The notes below the pieces were generated by a model. That model did no database searches, had not been told where the DNA came from, and saw only the letters and a list, made by a program, of their open reading frames with translations. The translations under genes were made by a program, and so were the position numbers. From Octopus sinensis (lineage: Eukaryota): a stretch of 64,000 bases of DNA. The stretch lies in assembly GCF_006345805.1 (NCBI RefSeq), contig NC_043003.1, positions 116,870,001-116,934,000 on the forward strand, in the 5' to 3' direction. Below, in pieces: positions 37,355-50,444 of the stretch (position 1 is the stretch's first letter; each line of letters starts with the position of its first letter).

Positions 37355-37750
37355 CGCATGAGTGGCTGTGTTGTAAGTAGTTTGCTTAGCAACTACATGG
37401 TCCCGGGTTCAGTCGCATTGCGTGGCACCTTGGGCAGGTGTCTTCTACTATAACCTCAGGCTGACCAAAGTCTTGTGAGTGGATTTGGTAGACGGAAACT
37501 GGAAGAAGCCCATCGTATATGTATATATATATGTATGTGTGTGTATATGTTTGTGTCTGTGTTTGTCCCCCAACATCACTTGACAACCGATGCTAGTGGG
37601 TTTACGTCCCCGTAACTTAGCGGTTCGACAAAAGGGACCGATAGAATAAGTAAGTAGTAAGCTTACAAAGAATGAGTTCTGGAGTTAATTTGCTCGACTA
37701 AAAGCAGTGCTCCAGCATGGCCGCAGTCAAATGATTGAAACAAGTGAAAG
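37352..37750 (+). mobile_element. SINE family B
   Basis: Head AGGCGCATGAGTGGCTGTG through tail TGAAACAAGTGAAAG. Confidence 0.85.
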
Positions 37751-38021
37751 GGTATATATATATATATATATACACACACGCACACTCATACACCCACAGG
37801 TATATTTGGGTGTGTACGAAATAAGCATGTGTGTGTGTGTGTCTATCGAATGGAACGTGCGCACACGCGAGTGCGCGTTTGTATAGAAATGCACATATCG
37901 AGATATTTTGTTTCATTCTGCTGGTTTCAGGATCCAAACACGTGCAGTTCATTAGTCAAAATTAATTAGTGTAAATGTGAAACAGTAATACGTAACGGAC
38001 AATTAACATCCGTTTATTTAT

Positions 38022-38435
38022 TACTCTTTTACTCTTTTACTTGTTTCAGTCATTTGACTGCGGCCATGCTGGAGCACCGCCTTTAGTCGAGCAAATCGAC
38101 CCCGGGACTTATTCTTTGTAAGCCTAGTACTTATTCTATCGGTCTCTTCTGCCGAACCGCTAAGTGACGGGGACATAAACACACCAGCATCGGTTGTCAA
38201 GCAATGCTAGGGGGACAAACACATACACATACACACACACATACACACACATATATATATATACATATATACGACAGGCTTCTTTCAGTTTCCGTCTACC
38301 AAATCCACTCACAAGGCATTGGTCAGCCCGGGGCTAGAGCAGAAGACACTTGCCCAAGATGCCACGCAGTGGGACTGAACCCGGAACCATGTGGTTGGTT
38401 AGCAAGCTACTTACCACACAGCCACTCCTGCGCCT
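38022..38435 (-). mobile_element. SINE family B, full length
   Basis: Close reverse complement of 27198-27642. Confidence 0.9.
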
Positions 38436-40849
38436 ATAGTGGATAATTTAATCATATCTATTGAAGGACTCACCACTTCATCAGGAATTTTCTTTTACTT
38501 CAAACACGTATTTTATTTCAATTTTAGTGACATTTCGAACGCATGTGAAATCCATTTCAATCCCTCGGGTACGAGAAGGATCTCTGCTCCCTGGTCACAG
38601 ATGAAGGATTCTACCTCACCGAGAGATAGGATCGCTTTTATTGGGAAACGTCTCCAGACCAGAGAGTCTTTCCTGTTCATTGAACTGTGCTTTCCCTCAA
38701 TAATCTATTACTATCTCTGGCTCTTTTGTTCGGTTTTTAATAAACCTGATGGTCCCCTGTGGCCTCAGAATATTCCAAATCCTCGTAATTGTGACGTGTG
38801 TTGCTACTGTGACAAGGGGTTTCATGATGATTTAGATTATGCTGTTACTATTGTGGGTAATTTTAATTCCATCCGCTGATTGAGGCACGAATCATTGTTT
38901 GGTCTTACCTACTGGCAAGGTGGGCAAAGTGATTTCTTATAAGAAGCTTTATGCCTCATTAGGGCCACCTTCGTCTGTGACCCCTTGTTGCTGGAATATT
39001 TTCTTTTCAATATTTTGGACAAAAAAAACGATAAATTTGTTTTTATGCCCAAAGTATGTATCTGGATGTTCTTCCCATGATTCTTAGTTTTAATTGAGAA
39101 CAGTTACGTAATGTTTTGTGTTGCCATAGTGACTTCACCCTGAAACGTATGTCGGCTCTGGAAACCAACCCATATGTCATTGCAAGCCCGTCATTAACAA
39201 AGTGATTGATTTTCCTGACAATGAGTCCTGTGTCCTTCCTACTTGATAACATAAGATCAGCTTATAGACGGATACATATCAAATATAATTTTGTCTTGTG
39301 TTTTAGCCCTATCCGCTGCCTTAATAAAAAAAAAACAATTATAAAATAGTGCGTCCTCATTCAGTCAAAGGTTTGTTTTACTTTAACCGTCTGACATGTT
39401 TGTCTTCACTTCTGGTTTGGAAGAGGCTAGAAAAATACCCTCTTATTACTTGAAATGAACCATATGATTAGATATTACACTAATCTACACTCAGAGCAAT
39501 AGCAAACACACACACACATACCCACAGGAAATCCTTGCTTCTCGCTCACTCTTCCTTTCTCTTTAATATACTCTCTCTCTCTTCATCTCATTCTTAAGCC
39601 CCACACTCCTGCTCTCTTAATATTTTCTCACTGAAATACACAACACTTAAGCGCAAAGATAAAGAGGAATGGAATACAAATGAAATATTCTAGGATCATC
39701 AGAGAACAAAAAGAAGAAATAGAAATAAAGGAAATTAAGAAAAAAACGTTAATTGTTCTTGTTTGTCATTTTGTGAGTGTCATTTCTTTTCCGCGGCTTA
39801 GACGAAGACTCGCTTTCGTGCACGCATACACCCAACCATCGTCCGAGAATTCCTCTCTATATTTATCGTTATAGAAACCGCATGCTTCTATGAGAATATT
39901 CATTATTGCCTTCGATAGTTTTTCATTGGATCTCAATACGATTTAATTAAGTTTGACTTTCTTAGTTGGCAGCCATAAGATTTGGAAGGAAAAATCTGAC
40001 TGCTTGATTACAATTTCAAGCGAGTATCTCTTAATTAATACCTGACACTAACGAAACAGAAACATGCATTCCTCATTGCCATGATCATTTAATATTAGTT
40101 TCAAATTGTGGCACAAGGCCAGCAGGTTTAGGAGAGGGGTTAAGTCGATTAAATCGGTCCCAGTGTTCAACTGTTACCTATTTTGTCGATGACGGCAGTA
40201 TGAAATGCAAAGCCGACCTCGGCGAAATTTCAACTCAGAACGTTTGGACGGACGAAATGAAATGATCTATTAATATTGAACGTTACACTCAATCTCAAAA
40301 TATCATCTCAGAATATGGAGTTCTATATACAGAACAGTGCACAAACAGACTCGCACGCGTATGTATGATTTTAAAAACGTGTTAAGATTTATGACACGAT
40401 TAAATTTATATCAAAGAACAAAAATAAGAAATTACCTTGAGAACTTTATCATGAATAAAACAGGAATGGCTCAAGATAGTAGAACAGCAGAGGCAATGGT
40501 TCTGGCTCCAGTAGTTGTTTTGTCTGCTTAATTAGTAGCAGTTAATGTTGTAGCAACTTTCGCGATGTTTACAAAGATTACAGATAGTTGTCTCCCTTCC
40601 ACTGCCGCCGATATTTAGACGTGTTGGTATTTGCTTATGAAGGTTGCATTTTTGTTGATGCGTTGTATTTTTTATTTCTTAACTGTTATAGTTTTTTTTT
40701 TTAAGAAAGAGAAAGTCATTTTTTTCCCTTTGATACCGTATAAACAAAATAGTTCGGAATTCATAGTCGCCATTTTCTAACGTTAAACTTTGATAAAGAT
40801 TCAAATATTCATAGTTCAGTTGCTTATTGGTTTCCGTGTAACTAATATC

Positions 40850-41999
40850 TCCCAGCATCATGTTCTCGGCAATGCTGTCCGACGCCTTTAGGGACTGCAA
40901 GTCCGGTATCGACATCAAGTACAGGACAGACGGGAAACTTTTCAACTCCAGAAGATTGCAGGCTGTCACAAAGGTGAGAGAGACAGTCGTCAGAGACTTT
41001 CTCTTTGCTGACGACTGCGCCCTTAATGCAATCGATGAGCAGGAGATGCAGCTCGAGATGGACAGGTTCTCATCAGCCTGTGACAACTTCGGTCTCACCA
41101 TCAGTGCCAAGAAAACCGAAGTGATGTTTCAGCCAGCCCCCGGCAAACAATACCATGAGCCTCAGATAAGGGTGAACGGACGGATCCTACGAGTGGTGGA
41201 AAACTTCACCTACCTGGGCAGCACTCTCTCCTGCAATGCCAACATAGATGCTGAAACCATCAACAGAATCTCCAAGGCAAGAAGCGCGTTTGGGAGACTG
41301 CGAAAGAAAGTCTGGGAGCGGAGAGGAATCAGCCTCAACACCAAGCTGAAAGTCTACCGGGCAGTCGTGCTTACCACCCTACTATACGGCTGCGAGACGT
41401 GGACTGCTTACGAAGGCACGAGCGCAGATAAACCACTTCCACCTCAGGTGTCTTCGGAACCTCCTTCACATCCGCTGGCAGGACAAAGTCCCAGACACGG
41501 AAGTTCTGAAGCAGGCAGATCTCCCTAGCACCATCACAATCATGCGCAAGGCCCAGCGGAGATGGGTGGGCCACGTCTCCCGCATGTCCGACACTCGCAT
41601 CCCAAAACAACTCTTCTACGGTGAACTCGGCCAGGGCAGGCGCAAAGTCGGAGGGCAGAAGAAGCGCTACAAGGATAGTCTCAAGGTCTCTCTCAAAGAC
41701 TTCTCCATCGGAACAGAGACCTGGGAGACACTTGCTGCCAACCGCTCATCCTGGCGCAGCGCAATCACCGTGGGAGCAGGGGCTGCCGAGGAGGGACGGA
41801 TTCGGTCAGCGGAGCAGAAACGTCAGATGCGTAAAGCAAGAGCCGCCTGCACCAGTAGCACGGCCCCTACCCACTTCTGCCCCACCTGTGGGAGGGGCTT
41901 CCTTGCCCGGATTGGCCTCACCAGCCACCTCAGGTCTCATGGCGGCAGTTCCATCAGATGATGTCAGTTGGTTATCTTCGAACCGAAGGACGAACATTA
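40850..41999 (+). mobile_element. 5'-truncated RTE-clade LINE (RT C-terminal half to 3' end), one frameshift near 41415
   Basis: DFLFADDCAL, FGLTISAKKTEVM, FTYLGS, LLYGCETWT, RWVGHVSRM, C-terminal C2H2 CPTCGRGFLARIGLTSHLRSH; tail TTATCTTCGAACCGAAGGACGAAC(ATT)n. Confidence 0.92.
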
Positions 42000-42205
42000 T
42001 TATGTACTTTGTGAGTAGGACCCAGAAAGAAGATCTTTACCAAGTCCTTTACCCGACATACGTAGTTAGTGATGGGAAATAAAACTACATTCTTAATTGT
42101 AAGATGTTCCTTCGTATATAAATCTAAACGGATAACGATTCGTCTATCAGAGAAATCTTTACTACAGAAACAACAGAAAAAAGATTGTCTGCAGCCAACA
42201 ATATT

Positions 42206-42584
42206 GATGGAAGCACTCCGTCGGTTACGACGATGAGGGTTCCGGTTGATCCGAATCAACGGAACAGCCTGCTCGTGAAATTAACGTGTAAGTGGCTGAG
42301 ACTCCACAGACACGTGTACCCGTAACGTAGTTCTCGGGGATATTCAGCGTGACACAGAGAGTGACAAGGCCGGCCCTTTGAAATACAGGTACAACAGAAA
42401 CAGGAAGTAAGAGTAAGTTGTGGTGAAAGAGTACAGCAGGGATCACCACCATCCCTGCCGGAGCCTCGTGGAGCTTTTAGGTGTTTTCGCTCAATAAACA
42501 CTCACAACGCCCGGTCTGGGAATCGAAACCGCGATCCTATGACCGCGAGTCCGCTGCCCTAACCACTGGGCCATTGCGCCTCCA
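42206..42584 (-). mobile_element. SINE family C, full length (tRNA head), tail type i, 14-bp TSD
   Basis: A-box TGGCCCAGTGG, B-box GGTTTCGATTCCC; TSD CAGCCAACAATATT at 42192-42205 and 42585-42598. Confidence 0.9.
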
Positions 42585-43369
42585 CAGCCAACAATATTAG
42601 GAATAAACACAAACATTTTGTGCTTGGTCTACAAACTCCTCACCATCCCTGCATATCATCTCCTGATTACACAACAGTTAGCACAAACTAGTTATAACAA
42701 TAACCAATGCGACAAAATTCCTGATAATTCAGCCAATATTCTCCATATTTTCAGCCGAGATAAAAAACACAGATACGTTTCCGTTTTAATATAAACAGAG
42801 AATGCCTCAGCAATGGACACTATTGAATTTTATAGCGAAATGTTAAGAAAACACTAGTTCAAGACTATTCAGTCAATTGATTTATTATTCACGGTAAATC
42901 ATTATAAACGATATTAATTATAATCAGTACAATGTAAAAGAGTGACAGTATGATAGATTGGAGGGAAATTAGAAAAGTCATTTTGTTTTTAATTATCAAT
43001 TTTGTTTATAAATAAATTGAAATGGGTTTTTTTCGAACAATTTCTATAGTAATGATATATGCATTTTTGACGCAGCATTTCGTAATCTTTACGTTCGATG
43101 TTCAAATTCTACCCGTTTTGCTTTTCCTCTTTTCGGGTCCGATAAAATAAGTACCAGTTGAACACTGGGGTGAAGGGAACTGACTTACCCTTTCTCCCGA
43201 AATTTTTAGCCTTGTGACAAAATTTGCAACTAGGATAGATAAACAGATATGCATATATGCATATATGTGTTTGTATATATGTACACTCAAGCACACACAC
43301 ACACACACACACATATATTATATATAAGAATATATATATATATATATGTACATATATATATACATATAT

Positions 43370-43422
<53 letters not shown>

Positions 43423-43829
43423 ATAAAAATGGTAAGACAACAAAAGAATGAAAGAGACCTCGATATTATGCAAATAGAGGAATTTATCTGTAAATAAAAT
43501 ATGTGACAATTATTCGGTAGCCATGATAAAACTCCGAGTTTCGGGTGTCGGGACGGAAACCCACGCTGCAATATTAGGCTCTTCAAGAACAAAATTTTTT
43601 AAATTTACTTTCAGTGTTCTGATTTCTTTTGTTTTCCTCTTCTTCTTGTTACAATTATCAGACGGCAGCCCTGCTAGGGTTTTAGTTGAACTCGACTGCG
43701 GTCTTGCGAGGGTTTCAGCGAAACAAATCGACACCAATGTTCACTTTTTTAAAAGCTTGACCCTGATTATATCGCATTTCCAAACCGAAGCGGTATACTA
43801 TGGGAACAATACCTATATAATTAACCATA

Positions 43830-44050
43830 GCCCCCGAAAGGATGTAAGGCAAAGTCGGCCTCGATGGAATTTGAACTCAGAACGTAGCGGCAGACGAAAT
43901 ACCTATTTCTTTACTACCCACAAGGGGCTAAACAGGAGAGGCAAAAAAAGACAGACAAACGGATTAAGTCGTAACTGGTACTAAATTTATCGACCCCGAA
44001 AGGATGAAAAGCAAATTTGAACTCAGAACGTAGCGGCAGACGAAATACGG
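43830..44050 (-). mobile_element. Partial dimeric SINE family A
   Basis: Contains the AAAGAAATAG|GTATTTCGTCTGCC junction on the minus strand. Confidence 0.75.
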
Positions 44051-44199
44051 TCAAACTGGGACTGTGGTAAAAGATACTTGCCAAAGATGCCACGCAAAAC
44101 ATCAGAATCTGGAACCATATGATATAGTATCAAACTTCTTACCGCACAGCAAATTCGATTTGGGTGTCGTAATGTCTATCCGCAATATCCTCTTCTTTC

Positions 44200-44475
44200 C
44201 TCTCATCGGTCTGTCACTCCGAAAAGCTCTATCTGCGACGATTTCATCTCAATCGAAGGAGAGGGGCTTTCTCCGTCCGGGTTGCGGATCCGTGGAATAA
44301 GCTGCCGGACGAGATAGTGAAGATGCCGACGACCGCTCGGTTCAAAGACTCTCTTGACCAGAAATTGCCTGAACTCTTTGTATGAACACCACCCTGTACA
44401 TAACTCCATGTCCCCCAACATGGCCTTGCTTTTTGCTGTTTGAGCCCAAAAATTATCTTTACTTAACTTAACTAA
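44200..44475 (+). mobile_element. CR1-clade LINE 3' tip
   Basis: GHSEKLYLRRFHLNRRRG.FSVRVADPWNKLPDEIVKMPTTARFKDSLDQ, then a short tail ending in (TTAAC)n-like repeats. Confidence 0.75.
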
Positions 44476-44629
44476 ACAACTGCTTATAAGTGACTTTTCA
44501 CTTATCTCATCTGCTCATTGCACTATCGAATCAGTAACAACCACTTTAGAATAGTTTCCACATTGTTTGACTACCCTCTACTATTCTCTGACTTTCTTAT
44601 TTTTTAAAATCAATATTTGTTTTCCCTAA

Positions 44630-45017
44630 GGCGGCGAGCTGGCAGAAACGTTAGCACGCCGGCCGAGATGCGTAGCCGTATTTCGTCTGCCACTACGTTC
44701 TGAGTTCAAATTCCGCTGAGGTCGACTTTGCTTTCATCCTTTCGGGGTCGATTAAATAAGTACCAGTTACGCACTGGGGTCGACATAATCGACGTAAACC
44801 GTTTGTCTTTTTTTGTCCCTCCTGTGTTTAGCCCCTTGTGGGTAGTAAAGAAATAGGTCTTTCGTCTGCGCTACGTTCTGAGTTAAAATTCCGTCGAGGC
44901 CGACTTTGCCTTACATCCTTTCGGGGGCTATGGTTAATTAAGTACCAGTTGCGTACTTGGGTTGATCTAATCGACTGGCCCCCTCCCCTAACATTTTGGG
45001 CATCGTGCCAAAGTAGA
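44630..45017 (+). mobile_element. Dimeric SINE family A
   Basis: Full head, junction AAAGAAATAG|GTCTTTCGTCTGC at ~44857, variant second tail. Confidence 0.8.
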
Positions 45018-45699
45018 AAATAATATTTGTTTTCCCTTTTTACACCTTTTTCTTTTCAGATGATTCAGAACATCAAGAGTGTCTATCTACGTGCGAGAAT
45101 GCTTCATCATTTATAAGCCACAACCCGCTTTTGCCTTTTTGTTCCTTCTCCACTAATTTTGCCCAAAACCTTGCACAAAACACTTTGTATATGCCCCTTA
45201 ACACGTGGAGCAGTGTTAGTGTGTACGACGGAAAATTATTTAATTGTATGCTACCGTATTTACTCCGTCCACCTGTTCACCTTGTTCCGCGTTTTCCACA
45301 TGTTGCCACGGCCAGTTGTGTTCTATGTTCTCTTGACATTAAAATCTGATAAATCGACATCAAAAGTGATGGATTCTCTGAGTAATGTTTCAGCCGAAAC
45401 AAATTACTAAATTCTCTAATAGCATTGAGTGCATTTTCTAACAACGTTTCCTTCCATTTCTACAAAGTATCACAGAAAAATCTATAATTTTTAAATCTAA
45501 AACTGTGCGTTATGCAGACGCTTTCCGTATAAACTCACTAACAGTAGTGCTTAAATTTGCATATGCTTGCCAGCGAGATCATAAAACTGCTGGTGTGTTG
45601 AAAGTCTTTCATTTCAAACCTTTAATGTATGTAGTACAGAGTATATGAAAAAAAATTAGGCAGAAATATTTGCGCTTGCAAACATCCGTCAACATAGGC

Positions 45700-46041
45700 G
45701 TCGGGTTCAGTCCAACTGCGTGGCACCTTGGGCAAGTGTCTCCGACTATAGACTTGAGCCGACCAAAGCCTTGTGAGTAGATTTGGTTGACGGAAACTGA
45801 AAGAATCCCGTCGTATATATGTATATATGTGTGTGTGTGTGTATATATGTTTGTGTGTCTGTGTTTGTCCCCCACCCCAACATCGCTTGACAACCGATGC
45901 TAGTGTGTTTACGTCCCCGTAACTTAGCGGTTCGGCAAAAGCGGCCGATAGAATAAGTCCTGAGGTCGATTTGCTCAACTTTAAGGCGGTGCTCCAGCAT
46001 GGCCACAGTCAAATGACTGAAACAAGTAAAAGAGTAAAAGA
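45700..46041 (+). mobile_element. SINE family B, 5'-truncated
   Basis: From the B box GGGTTCAGTCC to the (GTAAAAGA)n tail. Confidence 0.85.
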
Positions 46042-46837
46042 TAGTATAGGCAAAGGTCCAAAAACCAGAGGGTTGGCTGATTACAAGGTGAAATACTTAG
46101 ATTTGTAAAGACGATTTCGCATAGCGCAAAAGAGACGTTGAAAGCAGCTTAAGAAGGCTGATGCTCGGCGGTCTACATGGTAGAAGAGGAAAGGTTCTAG
46201 TGAGAACTGAGTAACTGAGTGAGTGATGTCAGCATACGTGTATGTCTGATTCTGCTTTACGTATGTATCTAGTCATACAATCATCTGCAAACAGCGTTTA
46301 ATTTAATTTTCCAAAGTACCACCACTCGAAGAGACTGTTTTAGTTTATAGGAATTTGCCAAAAGCTATTAAAATCAAAACAATTAGTAAACAATCATTAT
46401 CACAATACCAACAACAGTTTAGCAACGACAAAAAAAAAAACTAATACAAGAAATAAAATTTATAAGCAAAACAACCCAAAACATTAAAAAAAACACACAC
46501 ATTTGTTATAATAGAACCTAAACCAATATATAAACACTAAATATTAATTCCTGGTAAAGAAAATAAAATTCCACATTTCTCGATGGACAGGTATTTATCA
46601 ATAATTATAATTGAATTGTTTTCCGATATATTCAAATAAATTTTTCTCATAAACGAATTAGAAATAAAATATATTCCTAAAGTCAAGAACCTTCTACCAT
46701 TTTTATTTTCTAGACTTTCTAGAGTTTCGTTATGTATATTTTTTTATTGTTGTTATCATTACAATTATTATTATCATCATCGTAATCAACATCATCATTA
46801 TTTTAGCACCATCATCATCATCGTCGACGTCGTCGTT

Positions 46838-46884
<47 letters not shown>

Positions 46885-47031
46885 TATTTCTTTTTGTCCC
46901 TGGTTTTGTTGCAACTCCTACATTCTTGCATGCGTAGCGGGTTTACTACCTGCTGCCTACAGTACCATGCTATCTGTTCTTTTTAGCTATCAAATACATT
47001 CCTGATTATTCTGGCCGTGCCGAGGAGTGTT
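46885..47031 (-). mobile_element. R4/Dong-like 3' tip
   Basis: Translation TLLGTARIIRNVF*, the typical R4-clade C-terminus; between (AAT)n and (GAT)n tracts. Confidence 0.6.
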
Positions 47032-47044
47032 ATTATTATTATTA

Positions 47045-47095
<51 letters not shown>

Positions 47096-47496
47096 CATTG
47101 CCTTTGCACAGCTGGAGATGTACTACGGTGTCAGCTATTCCCTACCAGTGAACTGAGGTAACACCTCTTATTTTTCGAGCACCTTCCGGAGTATTCAAGC
47201 GGTTCAAAGCAGTGCTCCACCCTCATAGCAGCCCCCATTTGTTCAATGCACTTCTCAAGATTTTTGCTCACTGTTCCCAGGCCTCCAATAATTATTGGCA
47301 CTACCACCACCTCTTTCATCGACCACAACTAATTAATCTCCCAAGCTAACCTGCCATATCTATCGACTTTTCTTTCTTCCTTATTGCATACCTTGTTGTC
47401 AGCTGGGCTTGCTATATCTATGATCCAGCTTAGTTTGCTTTCTTTCTCAATTAAGACTATGTCTGGCTTCTTACTCTCTATCTCATGGTCGCACAC
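47096..47496 (-). mobile_element. R4/Dong-like RLE endonuclease fragment in (AAT)n
   Basis: DHEIESKKPDIVLIEKE...IIDIASPAD...KEEEKVDRY..L.WEI..LWSMKEVVVVPIIIGGLGTV; (AAT)n on both sides. Confidence 0.85.
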
Positions 47497-47525
47497 ATTA
47501 TTATTTTTTTATTATTATTATTATT

Positions 47526-47564
<39 letters not shown>

Positions 47565-47569
47565 ACGTA

Positions 47570-47775
47570 ATTTATTTAGTAAGGGTGTCATGCTGAGATT
47601 TGGTGACAAGTCTCATTCAAATCTGAAGAAGCTTCTTAGAATTCTTATAGAATACATGATAGCACTTTTCTTCCAGCCAACTACGCGAGTTTCAATTCCG
47701 ATATCCTCCATCCTCTCAGACAGCAGGAGTGCTACGTCAAGAGAATCAATTACCACAGGAAAGTTTGTTAGATTT
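47570..47775 (-). mobile_element. Third R4/Dong-like 3' fragment (degenerate)
   Basis: FPVVIDSLD...ERMEDIGIETRVV..KKSAIMYSIRILR. Confidence 0.55.
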
Positions 47776-47889
47776 GTGTTCCATATATTCTTCGTCTCTC
47801 TGAAAACCTTCGTTTGTAGTCACCACCGTCTTCAGTGACTGGACCGCTGCAACTTACACTGATGATTTTCGGTGGTCAACGTAAATGAC

Positions 47890-47992
47890 TAAGGCTTCAC
47901 AAATTGCGAAGGCTTCACAAATTGCTAAGGCTTCACAAATTGCTAAGGCTTCGCAAATTGCTAAGGCTTCACAAATTGCTAAGGCTTCACAA
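47890..47992. repeat. 18-bp minisatellite (TAAGGCTTCACAAATTGC) x ~5.7
   Basis: Units start at 47890, 47908, 47926, 47944, 47962 and 47980; two single-base variants. Confidence 0.95.
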
Positions 47993-47999
47993 TCATTGG

Positions 48000-48480
48000 G
48001 GACATTATCCCCCCATTTTTTTTTCATTTTTGCCCTGATGTGTCCCTCCGTACCACACAAGTGGTGTCTTGGCTTTTGGCCTCTACTGCAAGATGCAGAC
48101 CCAACTTATTTGTAAGAGGGATAAAGTTTCTGGTATTTTCCACATCTTCCATTCTGATGTGATGGATGATCACCATTGTGATTCCAAACCAAAACTCCTT
48201 CTCCGTCTGAATTCGAAAAAAGTGTCACGGCCCTTCAAAGCTACGCAGGGCAACAGCCACGTGATGTTTATCTCAGGTGGTGTTCAGGTCCTTATCCACA
48301 GATATGTTAGATAGATGATGTTCTTGTAATATATCGACATTACGGAAGGCATTTTCTCTTGAGGAGGAGCTCTACGTTCCTGAACTGCTTTGCGCAATTC
48401 GCATGATTTATATCTGTCCCTGTTTATTTCAGGACACTTTCTACCTGATCATGTGTTGTAGTTTCTAAGCGTTGGGTAAA
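48000..48480 (-). mobile_element. Degenerate Tx1/L1-type ORF1 relic
   Basis: Frameshifted PPEINITWLL...LHLAVE.QKPR.HLCGTEGHIRAK aligns by eye with ORF1 at 58804-60210 (VPPEIPNKWI...VVAEGKKPRCYNCGSPEHSIAKC). Confidence 0.5.
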
Positions 48481-48527
48481 GCCAACATACAAGTGAATCA
48501 ACACAGTCTTTCGGATACTTTCCGCTG

Positions 48528-48815
48528 TGGAGGCATATGGCCTAGTGGCTAGAGCAGCGGACTCGCAGTCGAGGGATCGCGGGTTCGATCTCAGACCGGG
48601 CGATGTGTGTGTTTATGAGCGAAACACCTAATCTCCACACCGCTTCGGCAGAAGGTAATGGCGAACTTCTACTGACTCTTTTGCTACAACTTTCTCCCCC
48701 TCTTTCGTCTTGCAGCTCACCTGCGACAGACCGGCGTCCCGTCCAGGTGGGGAACCTATACGCCAAGAAACCGGGAAACCGGCCCTTATGAGCCAGGCAT
48801 GGCTCGAGAAGGAAC
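48528..48815 (+). mobile_element. SINE family C head with a different tail (type ii)
   Basis: Same tRNA head (TGGCCTAGTGG, GGGTTCGATCTC) and body as 42206-42584, then CCTGCGACAGACCGGCGTCCCGTCCAGG...GAAACCGGG...GGCTCGAGAAGGAAC. Confidence 0.8.
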
Positions 48816-49299
48816 AGACACTACCCTCCGCCTTACCGTTACCATTTTTGTTGTTTTTCTTATTGTTGCCTTTGTAGTTGTTGTTCTTCTGCATGCACTG
48901 TTCCTACAGCGGCCCGGAACAGCTGGAATATTCCGACGGAAATGTGGGGTTATTTTCTCTAATGGGATTTAAAGTCTTAGGAGTCGTTCATCCTGATGCC
49001 TTTGACAGCGGACGCTAAAATGGCTGTAATTCCAATATAGAACAAATCAGACGACGATTGCTGTTTTGAGTCACAATTCAGCACTCCTCCTTCTTAATCC
49101 AATGTTGAAGGTGGCGGGGTCCTTAATGAAGGTTTTAACAAAACTGAAAATAGTGAAAAAAAATAATAAATTTCAACAAAATTTAGCAAAACGTCGGAAA
49201 CCGATGTAGCAGATATATCCACCACAAGCCACAAAAACAAAAACAACAAAAGCTACAGCAGCAAAAACAACAACAGGAACTATTCTTTCCACTATAGAC

Positions 49300-49490
49300 A
49301 CAAGTCCTGACATTGAGGGGGTAGGGAGGTGACCCCCAGCACTTGAGTGGTACCTTTTTCATCGACCTCGAAAGGATGAACGGCAAAAGTCGATCTCAGC
49401 AGAACATGAACTCAGGACGTAAAGACGGACGAAATGCCGTGAAGTGTTTTTACTCGGCGTGCTAACGAGTCGGCCAACTCGCCGCCTTAC
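49300..49490 (-). mobile_element. Diverged SINE family A
   Basis: Reverse-complement similarity to 8400-8631. Confidence 0.65.
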
Positions 49491-50081
49491 AACAGCAATA
49501 ACAACAACAACAACAATAACAACGCTTGTAATTGTTTCTCGCTTGTGCACAAATCACAAATCCAGAAATTTGCCAACAATATTATTATGATTTCGATTAG
49601 GCCATTGTTATTTATTGGCGATTACGTTCCAAATGAGTTTTACTAATTCAGACTTTTTGCTGGTAAATTCTTGTTTTCTATTACGTGGATTATTGTTATA
49701 ATGTCATTCTCAATAGCAGAGTTTTGAAACGATCAAGTTTTTGTTCTTGTTTTTATATCGTGACTTGCACACTTTCGTTTTATATCGATCATACAGTTTT
49801 GTTTGATTTTTTAAAAGCATTTTTATTAGCAATAATGACATTTTACTTAATAATTATATTAATGGTTTACATTAACAGGGTAAAAATCTATCTACGGATT
49901 TTGTTTATTCTATATATTGTAAATTTTAATTTCGTTTAGAGATAAACACTCATGTGAATGCTACGTTTTCATTTTTCTTACCGTAAATACACACAAACAG
50001 TAGTATATTTTCAACCACACACATACACACACACACTTATAGAGAGCTCTCTACATAGAGATATACATAAAATATATGAAG

Positions 50082-50119
<38 letters not shown>

Positions 50120-50284
50120 TAGGTGAGTGAGCGAGAGAGAAAACAGAAAGCGATTATATATATATATATATATATATAAACATACATGACAACAAATACA
50201 TATGAATATATATACGTCTCCATATATATATATATATATACAAACATACATGTATGTATATATATATGTGTATATATATGTATG

Positions 50285-50324
<40 letters not shown>

Positions 50325-50411
50325 ATATATATATATATATATATACACAGACATATGTATGTATGTATATATATATTATATGTATATATATTATATATAT
50401 ATATGATATAT

Positions 50412-50444
<33 letters not shown>

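Noticed and set aside
38439-39340. 146-aa plus ORF with IVGNFN, and a minus-strand CPPC motif
   Set aside because: Ambiguous between strands; possibly an old LINE relic, not supportable as a gene or a defined element.
40340-40640. Exon-like segment with AAG|GTAATT donor on the minus strand
   Set aside because: All frames contain stops; no recognisable protein.
40679-41110. 143-aa minus-strand ORF
   Set aside because: Antisense shadow of the RTE RT.
47790-47840. CTGAAGA...GAAGG hammerhead-like motif (minus strand)
   Set aside because: No GAAA and no valid stems.
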